Shown one piece after another: positions 11,215 to 18,836 of a stretch of 25,558 nucleotides of DNA (the stretch's first letter is position 1; each line of letters begins with the position of its first letter). The DNA is taken from the NCBI GenBank assembly GCA_004357005.1, contig SMWH01000028.1:1-25558 (forward strand), written 5' to 3'. The stretch is from Gammaproteobacteria bacterium. Its GTDB lineage: Bacteria; Pseudomonadota; Gammaproteobacteria; SMWH01. Both the position numbers and the translations under genes were made by a program. The notes under the pieces were generated by a model. The model had not been told where the DNA came from. It ran no database searches and saw only the letters and a list, made by a program, of their open reading frames with translations.

Positions 11215-12429
11215 TCAGGGCTCGCCCTGATCACGCGGGGCAAAGCGGTAGGCACCTACCCTGCCGCCGCTGCCGAGCACGTACAGCACATCGTCGATGA
11301 GGACAGGCGTCGCCTGGATGGACTCATCGGCGACTCTTTCCCGGGCGAGCATCTTGCCGTCTTCCTTGTCCAGCCAGTGCAGATAACCTTCCAAATCCCC
11401 CACAACAACGGTATCACCTGCCGGCACTGGTACCGTGAGTTTTCGCCGCGCCAGTTGGGCCTGAGTCCACAGGGAAGCACCGTTACGCCGGTCGAGCCTC
11501 CACACCTGATCCTCCGCGTCGGTGAGATACAGGCCATCCCCATCCACCGCGACACCGGAGTAGGAACCCATCTCACGAACCCACAACACCCGGCCGGATT
11601 CCATGGCCAATGACGCGAGCCGCCCGTTGTAGCTGGACACGTACATGTCCTGACCGTATACGCCTATCGCGCCATCGATGTCGGCGAGTCGGTCCAGTTC
11701 CGTGCGTCCGCGCCCGGTCGCGACTGGCTGCTCCCACAGGACCGACCCGTCATTGGCCAGCAATGCGCCCACCGCACCATTGTCGAACCCATAAATAACC
11801 CGATTGCCGAATACCACCGGGTCGCCGTTGCCCCGCAGCGACAATAACGGGACACTGCGGTCATAGGTCCATTGACGCCGGCCGGAAACCTCGTCAAAAC
11901 CGAATACGCGCCCGTCCACACAACGCACGATCACGTATCCGTTGACCACGGCCGGCACCGACAGCACTTCACTGGTAACAGCGCTGCGCCACAGAACAAT
12001 TCCCGTGGCAATCTCCAGCGTAACCACATCGCCTTCGCTGCTGCCGAATACGGCAAAGTTATCTCCGATGCCCGGCCCCGCCGACAACGGCATCCCGGTT
12101 TGGAGTTTCCAAATCACTTCACCGGTCTCCCGGGACAGGGCAGCGACGCCTCCGCCTCGCCCACCGATGATCAGCATGTCACCCGCAACGCCGATCCCCA
12201 GGGCAACCAGCTGCTTATCCGTCCCGCGACCCAGGTCCCGGGACCAGATTTTTTCCACCACCAGGGTTTCGTCGATGTCTACCAATTCTTCCGGTGGGTC
12301 AACGTTGTCGGGGGTCTGGAGGAAATTCACCGCATCCAGGGTCTTGCCGACGCTGGAACAGGCACACACGGTCAGCACCAGTCCGAAAACGGTGATGACT
12401 TTCCACAGCTTGTGCGCAAACATGGTCAT
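11215..12429 (-). CDS. bamB: Outer membrane protein assembly lipoprotein BamB, about 404 aa
   Basis: Signal peptide ending V-C-A-C (lipobox-like), repeated PQQ-like beta-propeller W motifs, GRTELDRLADIDG, GDLEGYLHW. Position between yfgM and der. Start chosen at ATG 12429, 1 nt after the yfgM stop; 12423 is an alternative. Confidence 0.93.
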   Translation of the reverse strand: MTMFAHKLWKVITVFGLVLTVCACSSVGKTLDAVNFLQTPDNVDPPEELVDIDETLVVEKIWSRDLGRGTDKQLVALGIGVAGDMLIIGGRGGGVAALSRETGEVIWKLQTGMPLSAGPGIGDNFAVFGSSEGDVVTLEIATGIVLWRSAVTSEVLSVPAVVNGYVIVRCVDGRVFGFDEVSGRRQWTYDRSVPLLSLRGNGDPVVFGNRVIYGFDNGAVGALLANDGSVLWEQPVATGRGRTELDRLADIDGAIGVYGQDMYVSSYNGRLASLAMESGRVLWVREMGSYSGVAVDGDGLYLTDAEDQVWRLDRRNGASLWTQAQLARRKLTVPVPAGDTVVVGDLEGYLHWLDKEDGKMLARERVADESIQATPVLIDDVLYVLGSGGRVGAYRFAPRDQGEP

Positions 12430-12430
12430 C

Positions 12431-13105
12431 TCAATCGGAGCTTTCCGCTGTCTCGCTGACTGCTTCACTGATTTCGGACGCCACCGCGAGGTTATCCAGT
12501 TTCATCTGCAACAGGCTACGATCACCGGTCGTTGCATCCATCTCATCCAGGGCCTCATGATAGGCGGCCCGCGCCCCGGAGATGTCTTCCAACTTTGACA
12601 GGATATCCCCGCGTAGTTCCGCGTAGCTTGAGGCGTAGCCTTGCGCATCAACCCCATCGAGCAACCCCAGCGCTTCGTCGCTTCGGTCCTGGGCATTGAG
12701 CACCCGCGCCAGGCGCAAGCGTGCCACGTGAGCCATTTCAGGCGGCCGGGCATTTTCCAAAGCCCAGCGGAGCCGGGCCTCTGCGGCCTGGAGGTTGCTC
12801 TCGCCCACATGCAAACGCGCCAACAGCAACGCTGCGTTAACGGCGTAGGGCGTGTCCGGAAAATCCGCTATCAAACCCTCGGCTTGACGTGCCATCGCGG
12901 TGTCGTCCGTATCGGCGAGCGCCTCGAGTACGATAAAGGCGCCCGCTGCGTCCACAGCCTGCCCGTGCCGGTAGTCCTGCCATGCGTTCCAGCCGTACAG
13001 GACCGCAAGGCCCAGAGCCACGCCACCGATGATGCTCGGCGCATAGGTCCGAATCCATTGCTTGACGATCTTTGCTTGTTCGATTTCGTCTCTGAGCGGA
13101 TCCAT
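12431..13105 (-). CDS. yfgM: YfgM family TPR membrane-anchored chaperone (ancillary SecYEG subunit), 224 aa
   Basis: N-terminal EIEQAKIVKQW, one TM helix (IIGGVALGLAVLYGW), PDTPYA, ARLRLARV, ELRGDIL, MKLDNL. Canonical position between hisS and bamB. Confidence 0.92.
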   Translation of the reverse strand: MDPLRDEIEQAKIVKQWIRTYAPSIIGGVALGLAVLYGWNAWQDYRHGQAVDAAGAFIVLEALADTDDTAMARQAEGLIADFPDTPYAVNAALLLARLHVGESNLQAAEARLRWALENARPPEMAHVARLRLARVLNAQDRSDEALGLLDGVDAQGYASSYAELRGDILSKLEDISGARAAYHEALDEMDATTGDRSLLQMKLDNLAVASEISEAVSETAESSD

Positions 13106-13170
13106 TGCTGTTTCAAATCCTTCCTGCGGTTCGTTTCATATGGGGCAACCGTGCCGGCGGAAAACCCGCC

Positions 13171-13198
13171 ATGATAGCGAAAAGCCGGCCCGTGTCAC
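13171..13198 (-). promoter_or_regulatory. Candidate internal sigma70 promoter for yfgM-bamB-der
   Basis: Minus strand GTGACA (13198-13193, overlapping the hisS stop), 16-nt spacer, TATCAT (13176-13171). Confidence 0.45.
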
Positions 13199-14478
13199 GT
13201 CTTGCCCGCCACAAGCGCCTCCAGCCGCCCCTCGAGTTCGGCTATGGCGAGCGTTTCCTGGGCGTGATCCGCGCGCAGATGCTTGAGAATCACCGTGCCC
13301 TGAGCCATTTCCTCTTCCCCAAGGACCACAGCCCACAACGCCCCGCTGCGATCCGCCCGTTTGAACTGGCTCTTGAAGGACCCGCCGCCACAGTTGTTCA
13401 CCAAGCGCAGCCGCGACAAGGCCGATCGCAACTGTTCGGCGAGGAGCAGCGCCTTGTGCACCGCCGCGTCGCCTTGCGCGACCAGGTACACGTGGGGCGG
13501 AGACCCCGGATCCGGGTCACCCGCCCCACCCGCCGCCACGAGATCGATCAGGCGTTCCACGCCCATGGCAAAACCGATGGCTGGCGTGGGACGGCCCCCA
13601 AGAAGTTCCACCAGACCGTCATAGCGCCCGCCGGCGCAAACAGCGCCCTGTGCCCCGAGACTGTCGCTGATCCACTCGAACACGGTTCTAGTGTAGTAGT
13701 CCAGACCGCGCACCAGGCGGGGATTGATTTCATGGTCGACGCCCGCCTGGGAGAGTGTGTCAACAACAGCGTCGAAGTGATTGCGTGACTCTTCATCCAG
13801 CGAATCAAGCATGCTCGGAGCCCGAGTAATCAACTCTTTTAATCCAGGATTCTTGCTGTCGAGAATCCGCAACGGATTCGCATCCAGACGTCGCAAACTG
13901 TCTTCGTCCAGCTCGTCCCGGTGGGAATCAAAGTACTCCCGAAGTTTCTCCCGATACTCCCAGCGTGACTCCGTCGTACCCAAAGAATTCAATTCCAGAC
14001 GCAGCCCCTTAAGCCCAAGTTCACTGAGGATACGGGCGGAGATCAGGATAATTTCCGCATCCACATCCGGGCCCGGTATTCCAAACGCTTCCACGTCGAT
14101 CTGCCAGAACTGGCGAAACCGCCCCCGTTGCGGACGTTCGCGTCGAAACATGGGTCCCATCAGCCACACGCGCTGTTGCTGGTTGTGGAACAGGCCGTGC
14201 TCGAGGCCCGCACGCACCAAGCCCGCCGTTGCCTCGGGTCGCAGGGACAGACTCTCGCCGTTGCGGTCCTCAAAGCTGTACATTTCTTTTTCAACCACGT
14301 CAGTGGTCTCGCCGATGGAACGGGAGAACAACTCAGTGTGTTCGAGTATCGGCGTACGCATTTCGAGATATCCGTATCGCGTCAGCACCTCCCGCGCCGT
14401 AGCCTCCACGCGCTGCCACGCGGCACTGTGGTCCGGGAGGACGTCGTTCATGCCGCGTATGGATTGGATACTTTTCAT
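13195..14478 (-). CDS. hisS: Histidine--tRNA ligase, 427 aa
   Basis: MKSIQSIRGMND matches the usual N-terminus, LRPEATA, motif 2 FRRERPQRGRFRQF, RGLDYY, GGRYDGL, motif 3 GFAMGVER, FKSQFKRADRSGA. Start set at ATG 14478 by homology; an in-frame GTG exists at 14547. Confidence 0.97.
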   Translation of the reverse strand: MKSIQSIRGMNDVLPDHSAAWQRVEATAREVLTRYGYLEMRTPILEHTELFSRSIGETTDVVEKEMYSFEDRNGESLSLRPEATAGLVRAGLEHGLFHNQQQRVWLMGPMFRRERPQRGRFRQFWQIDVEAFGIPGPDVDAEIILISARILSELGLKGLRLELNSLGTTESRWEYREKLREYFDSHRDELDEDSLRRLDANPLRILDSKNPGLKELITRAPSMLDSLDEESRNHFDAVVDTLSQAGVDHEINPRLVRGLDYYTRTVFEWISDSLGAQGAVCAGGRYDGLVELLGGRPTPAIGFAMGVERLIDLVAAGGAGDPDPGSPPHVYLVAQGDAAVHKALLLAEQLRSALSRLRLVNNCGGGSFKSQFKRADRSGALWAVVLGEEEMAQGTVILKHLRADHAQETLAIAELEGRLEALVAGKT

Positions 14479-14508
14479 TTCAACCCTGAAGTCCCGTTCA
14501 AACGACAG

Positions 14509-14556
14509 GGACCGAGCGCCACATGCCGGCGGCCATGCGGCCACCACGCTCGGTCC
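14509..14556. repeat. Perfect 10-bp inverted repeat (stem-loop) in the rodZ-hisS gap
   Basis: GGACCGAGCG (14509-14518) and CGCTCGGTCC (14547-14556), with a 28-nt interior containing two CATG that can also pair. Confidence 0.75.
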
Positions 14557-14619
14557 TCCGGATTGTTCGTCGGGATTGGTGTCTTGGGAAACGCTGCCGC
14601 CGGCTCTGCTTTGCCGACC

Positions 14620-15561
14620 CTACTCCGCATTCTCAGGGTCAGGAACATCCACCTCGAAACGCGCCAGGTTACGTCTCCGATAGGGAGCGATATCCAGGAA
14701 CTCGCCGTTGACCGCTACGGTCACTGCCTCCGCGTTGCCCAGAAATACCGACAGCGACCCATTGCTTTCATAACGTCTGCGACTGTTCGCGCGAACCAGA
14801 TTGTATTCCAGTCGATCGCCCTCACCGCTGCTCACTTCAACCCAGCAGTCATCCCTGAAGTAGATCTCGAGTACCAGCGCCGCTGGAGCCGCCTCGGGGT
14901 CTTCGTTTGATTCGGATTCGACCGGTACTACGGATGGCAGGCTCGCGATGCTGGCCGTCACCGGCGCCGAAGCCGGGTCTTCCGGGTCTTCGGGAACTTC
15001 AAGCACCGGGGCCGGCTCTGGCGCCGCGGGCCCGGAATCGACTGATGCCACGAACTCAGCCGGGAACTCACCGCTGACCGGGGCCACAACCACCTGTTCA
15101 TCAGGGCCGAACCACTGCTGAAAAGCACCCTGACTGTGTAACCACAGGATCGGCCCCACCAGCACGCCAAGCACGATGACCACCGTGGCGGCATGTTGCG
15201 CGCCGATTTGCCAATCGGGGCGTTGGGGCACATGGCTCACCAGGGGTACTTGCTCAGGCATGTGGTGAAGTTCGGCCCAGAGCGACTCGACCTCCGATAA
15301 TGGCGCTTCCACGATCCGCGCGTATCCGAACACGAAACCGCGAGCGTAAATCTCAGGACCCAAGGCGTCGAACTCTCCCGACTGGATGTGCCCGAGGGCC
15401 ACCACGGGAAGACGCAGTTCTGACTGGATTTGTTCGTTGCCGATGCCGGATTGCTGGCGCGCCGACTCGAGCAGATGAGCCAGGCATCGGGCAATGGACT
15501 CGGAACGCCGCGTGGGCGCTTCTTCCGAGTTCCTGGGCGGGGAGGTCCGTGGGTTCATCAA
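14620..15561 (-). CDS. rodZ: Cytoskeleton protein RodZ (HTH + TM + DUF4115-like), 313 aa
   Basis: N-terminal HTH with IYARGFVFGYARIV, TM VVIVLGVLVGPILW, Pro/Ala/Glu-rich linker, C-terminal CWVEV...LSVFLGNAEAVTVAVNG. ATGA overlap with pilW; canonical position. Confidence 0.9.
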   Translation of the reverse strand: MMNPRTSPPRNSEEAPTRRSESIARCLAHLLESARQQSGIGNEQIQSELRLPVVALGHIQSGEFDALGPEIYARGFVFGYARIVEAPLSEVESLWAELHHMPEQVPLVSHVPQRPDWQIGAQHAATVVIVLGVLVGPILWLHSQGAFQQWFGPDEQVVVAPVSGEFPAEFVASVDSGPAAPEPAPVLEVPEDPEDPASAPVTASIASLPSVVPVESESNEDPEAAPAALVLEIYFRDDCWVEVSSGEGDRLEYNLVRANSRRRYESNGSLSVFLGNAEAVTVAVNGEFLDIAPYRRRNLARFEVDVPDPENAE

Positions 15562-16334
15562 TCGCCGTACTTGTTCGCGTCGTATATCGCCCGGGCCTGG
15601 GGAGAGTCCGGAAAATCCGCGATCAACTCGTCCGTATATTCCCAGGCCGCGTCATCGTCCCCGAGTGCGTTTTCAATGCGGATCGCCAGAGCAAGACTTT
15701 CCGCGTTGGCCCGAGCGATACTCAGATATCGCTGAACAAAGGCACGGGCGCGCATATAGTCGCCCTGCTGGTATTTCAGCGACGCCATCTGGTACAGGGC
15801 ATCAGGATACGCCTCATCGACTGCCAGCGCACGGCGAAAATACTGCTCCGCCCGGGCTACCTCGCCATCGCGCATGGCGCAGGAACCGGCGTTGGTGAGC
15901 GCCACTTGCGGGGTTTTGTAGAAGGGGCTCTCGGCAGCTTTCGTGAACTCCTTCTGGGCCTGTTTCAGGCGGCCGTCCTGACACAGCCAGGTACCGTAAT
16001 TGTTGTGGGCATTGGGGTCATCGGGGGCCAGATGCACCGCCTCGCGGTAGTGGGTCCCGGCCTTTTTGCGCTCGCCGAGGGTCTCATACAGCACGCCCAG
16101 GGTGGTGTGCGCGTCCGCGTTTTTCGGATCCTGCTCGAGAGCCCGCTGCAGCTTCGCCATGGCGATCTCGTACTCGCCCCGGTGCATGTAGGCAACCGCC
16201 AGCCGGACGTTGGCCCGCGCAGCTTCCACCGGGTCCCCCACGGGATAGGCGGGCTCATGCGTGGTAACACAAGCTGTAAGGAATAGTGCAATACAAACAA
16301 CAGCTTGCGGAAAATACTTCATCACAATTCTCAT
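15558..16334 (-). CDS. pilW: Type IV pilus biogenesis/stability TPR lipoprotein PilW/PilF, 258 aa
   Basis: Lipobox LTAC, LAVAYM, TPRs, AHNNYGTWLC, C-terminal FPDS. ATGA overlap with rlmN; canonical position. Confidence 0.92.
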   Translation of the reverse strand: MRIVMKYFPQAVVCIALFLTACVTTHEPAYPVGDPVEAARANVRLAVAYMHRGEYEIAMAKLQRALEQDPKNADAHTTLGVLYETLGERKKAGTHYREAVHLAPDDPNAHNNYGTWLCQDGRLKQAQKEFTKAAESPFYKTPQVALTNAGSCAMRDGEVARAEQYFRRALAVDEAYPDALYQMASLKYQQGDYMRARAFVQRYLSIARANAESLALAIRIENALGDDDAAWEYTDELIADFPDSPQARAIYDANKYGD

Positions 16335-17476
16335 GCCAATGGGCGGTCACCTTCCAGCCGCGCGCGATGGCGAGCTTGCCGGCGGGTGCGATCCTTTACC
16401 CGGCCCACCAGTTGCCCACAGGCTGCATCGATGTCGTCTCCGCGGGTGCGCCTGAGCGTAGTGGTATACCCCGCCCGGTGAAGGATATCCACGAATCTCT
16501 GCATGTCTCCTTGGGAAGGGCGCCGGTAGACGGCCCCCGGATAGGGGTTAAAAGGAATCAGATTGATCTTCGCAGGCACCCCTTCCAACACCCGGGCAAG
16601 GGCCTTCGCCTGCCGCGGACTGTCATTGACCCCGGCCATCAGGGTGTATTCGAAGGTTACCCGGGCCCGCGGCCTGGCCGCCACATAGCGCTCGCACGCC
16701 GCCAGAAGCTCGGCGATCGGGTATTTGCGGTTGATGGGCACGAGCTTGTTGCGCAATTCGTCGTCGGGTGCGTGCAATGACACGGCGAGGCTCACATCGC
16801 ACACTTCACGCAAACGGTCGATACCCGGTACCAGACCCGAGGTGGACAGGGTCACCCGGCGCCTGGCCAGTCCGAAGGCCATGTCATCACGCATGATGTT
16901 CATGGCAGCCACTACGTTGTCAAAATTCAGCAAAGGCTCGCCCATGCCCATGAACACCACGTTGGTGATACCGGGACCGTCGGGATCTTCTTCGCCCACA
17001 GCGTGATGGGCCAACCACACCTGCCCCACAATCTCCTCGACGCTGAGATTGCGGCTGAACCCCTGGGTAGCCGTCGAGCAGAAACTGCAATTGAGCGCGC
17101 AGCCCACCTGCGAGGAGACACATAGGGTCACGCGGCGCTCCTCGGGAATGAGTACCGTTTCGATGGCGTTGCCATCTTCCAGACGCAACAACCATTTCCG
17201 CGTGCCGTCGGAGGACTGTTGCACGCTTTCGATGCGCGGCGCCCGGAACTCCGCCAGCGACTCCAGCCGTTCCCGGAACAACCTGGAAAGATCCGTCATC
17301 TCCCCAAAGGCCTTGGCGCCACGGTGATAAGCCCATTTCATGACCTGGTCGGCCCGATAGGGCTGCTCCCCGAGCCCCGCCACCCAGGCCCGCAACGCCG
17401 GGCGGGTCATGCCCAGGAGGTTGGTGCGCGTCGAGTCGCCGGCGTCGGCGTCAGCGGGTGCGGGAACAGAGTTCAT
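16331..17476 (-). CDS. rlmN: 23S rRNA A2503/tRNA A37 radical-SAM methyltransferase RlmN, about 381 aa
   Basis: [21 protein letters not shown] (CxxxCxxC), [22 protein letters not shown]. Start set at ATG 17476, which overlaps the last 26 nt of ndk. Confidence 0.96.
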   Translation of the reverse strand: MNSVPAPADADAGDSTRTNLLGMTRPALRAWVAGLGEQPYRADQVMKWAYHRGAKAFGEMTDLSRLFRERLESLAEFRAPRIESVQQSSDGTRKWLLRLEDGNAIETVLIPEERRVTLCVSSQVGCALNCSFCSTATQGFSRNLSVEEIVGQVWLAHHAVGEEDPDGPGITNVVFMGMGEPLLNFDNVVAAMNIMRDDMAFGLARRRVTLSTSGLVPGIDRLREVCDVSLAVSLHAPDDELRNKLVPINRKYPIAELLAACERYVAARPRARVTFEYTLMAGVNDSPRQAKALARVLEGVPAKINLIPFNPYPGAVYRRPSQGDMQRFVDILHRAGYTTTLRRTRGDDIDAACGQLVGRVKDRTRRQARHRARLEGDRPLA

Positions 17477-17882
17477 CTTCTGGGAAAAAGAAATCGATCT
17501 CGGTCCTTGCCGTTTCCGGCCCGTCGGAACCATGCACGGCGTTTTCCTGGATGCTCTCGGCGAAATCCGCCCGGATGGTCCCGGCATCCGCCTGGGCCGG
17601 GTCCGTGGCGCCCATCAGTTCGCGATGGCGGGCGATGGCGTTTTCGCCTTCCAGGACCTGCACCACCACGGGACCGGAGGTCATGTACTCCACCAGCTCT
17701 CCGAAAAAGGGGCGCTCCCGGTGCACCGCGTAAAAACCCTCGGCCTGGTCCCGCGTGACTTGCAGCATTTTCATTCCCACCGGCCGCAATCCAGCCGCCT
17801 CGAAGCGACTGAGGATCGCGCCTATGTTGTTGGCTCCCACCGCATCGGGCTTGATGATGGAAAAAGTGCGCTCCGTGGCCAT
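17451..17882 (-). CDS. ndk: Nucleoside diphosphate kinase, 143 aa
   Basis: [42 protein letters not shown] (catalytic His). ATG at 17882 is preceded by AGGA. Confidence 0.98.
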   Translation of the reverse strand: MATERTFSIIKPDAVGANNIGAILSRFEAAGLRPVGMKMLQVTRDQAEGFYAVHRERPFFGELVEYMTSGPVVVQVLEGENAIARHRELMGATDPAQADAGTIRADFAESIQENAVHGSDGPETARTEIDFFFPEDELCSRTR

Positions 17883-17988
17883 TCCTGTTTCCCTTATCTC
17901 GTCAATCTTCCAATCTTGGCCTGTTTGGGCCTGTTTTTTCGGCCGGTTCCGGACTTTTCCGGGCGCACTGGACCTGCAAAGCGCTGCG

Positions 17989-17997
17989 ACTATAGCA
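17989..17997 (-). promoter_or_regulatory. Candidate extended -10 promoter for the ndk operon
   Basis: Minus strand TGCTATAGT (TGn + TATAGT), about 107 nt upstream of the ndk ATG. Confidence 0.5.
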
Positions 17998-18024
17998 CAA
18001 AGACTCATTAAAACGATCGCTTAG

Positions 18025-18099
18025 GCCACTGAACGGTAAGGGAATTTCCCCCGGGGCGGCAGTGCCGCCATGGGGGCCAAGGGGCCCGCCACTGAACGG
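18025..18099. repeat. Exact 12-bp direct repeat GCCACTGAACGG (18025-18036, 18088-18099)
   Basis: Seen directly; 63-bp period. The interval holds GGGAA-T-TTCCC (18040-18050) and GGCGGC-AGT-GCCGCC (18055-18069). Confidence 0.8.
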
Positions 18100-18133
18100 G
18101 TGGTGCCGAATGCTTTTCGTCCCCGGTGGGGTC

Positions 18134-18142
18134 TGATATATT
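18134..18142 (+). promoter_or_regulatory. Candidate extended -10 promoter for psrA-fadE-fadN-fadA
   Basis: TGATATATT (TGn + TATATT), 28 nt upstream of the TetR ATG. Confidence 0.55.
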
Positions 18143-18143
18143 A

Positions 18144-18161
18144 TTCAAACGTTTGTTTAGA
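18144..18161. promoter_or_regulatory. PsrA-type operator
   Basis: TTCAAAC-GTTT-GTTTAGA fits the PsrA motif (C/G)AAAC-N2-4-GTTT(G/C) apart from the final base. It lies just upstream of a PsrA-like gene and over the predicted transcription start. Confidence 0.7.
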
Positions 18162-18169
18162 CCCCGATC

Positions 18170-18823
18170 ATGGCCACCACGAACACCCGTGAAATCATCC
18201 TGAGCGCCGCCGAGGGCCTCTTTGCCGACCATGGCCTGGCCGGCACTTCCCTGCGCGGCATCACGACCCACGCCGGCGTCAACCTCGCGGCCGTCAACTA
18301 CCACTTCGGCAGCAAGGAAGCTTTGATCCAGGCCGTATTCCGACGCCGCCTGGACGCCTTGAATACAGAACGTCTGGGCCGCCTCGAACGGGTGCAGTCA
18401 CGAGCCGCCGATGGCGCAGCGTCGCTGCGTGGGACACTGGAAGCCTTCATCGTGCCGGCGCTGGAAATGAGTCACGACCCCGAGCATGGGGGCGTCGTGT
18501 TCATGCGTCTCCTGGCACGGGTCATGTCTGAACGCGACCGCGCGCTCCGAGCCTTTCTCTCCGATCGCTACGGTCACGTGATCAAACGTTTTGCGGACGT
18601 TCTGGGACGCGCGCTCCCGGACCTGTCTGATGAAGACCTTTTCTGGCGGCTGAATTTCGTCGTCGGCGCGCTGACTTATGCGATGGCGGAAGTCGTGTGG
18701 GAACACGACGACTCCGCCCGAGAACTGGCGGACCTCGCCACCCGATTGGTGGATTTCGCCGAAGCCGGACTGACATCAGTCACGCCTGCCCAAAGCCGGA
18801 TTTCCGCCGGCGTCGTAGCGTGA
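18170..18823 (+). CDS. psrA: TetR-family regulator, PsrA-like (fatty-acid degradation repressor), 217 aa
   Basis: TSLRGITTHAGVNLAAVNYHFGSKEALIQAVF, FMRLL, YGHVIKRF and LFWRLNFVVGA parallel Pseudomonas PsrA as I recall it. Heads a beta-oxidation operon and has a matching operator. Confidence 0.8.
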   Translation: MATTNTREIILSAAEGLFADHGLAGTSLRGITTHAGVNLAAVNYHFGSKEALIQAVFRRRLDALNTERLGRLERVQSRAADGAASLRGTLEAFIVPALEMSHDPEHGGVVFMRLLARVMSERDRALRAFLSDRYGHVIKRFADVLGRALPDLSDEDLFWRLNFVVGALTYAMAEVVWEHDDSARELADLATRLVDFAEAGLTSVTPAQSRISAGVVA

Positions 18824-18836
18824 CGGAGATAGCACC

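Noticed and set aside
12430-12468. BamB start at 12468
   Set aside because: It would overlap yfgM and push the signal peptide away from the N-terminus; ATG 12429 or 12423 fits better.
14479-14619. Histidine attenuator or ispG pseudogene upstream of hisS
   Set aside because: No His-codon-rich leader peptide, no U-tract terminator and no IspG-like residues on inspection.
14860-15110. Pro/Ala/Glu-rich low-complexity stretch in rodZ
   Set aside because: An ordinary periplasmic linker of RodZ proteins.
13105-16780. Plus-strand ORFs opposite hisS, rodZ, pilW and rlmN (e.g. 13781-14683, 14128-14910, 15300-16286)
   Set aside because: Antisense or off-frame ORFs without motifs, overlapping well-supported genes.
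17477-18008. Extended N-termini of rlmN (from 17587) and ndk (from 18008) in the ORF track
   Set aside because: The extensions have no homology, would bury rlmN deep in ndk or run past the predicted promoter, and better starts exist at 17476 and 17882.
18025-18050. GCCACTG...GGGAA resembling a B12 box
   Set aside because: No remaining cobalamin riboswitch core and no B12-related gene downstream.
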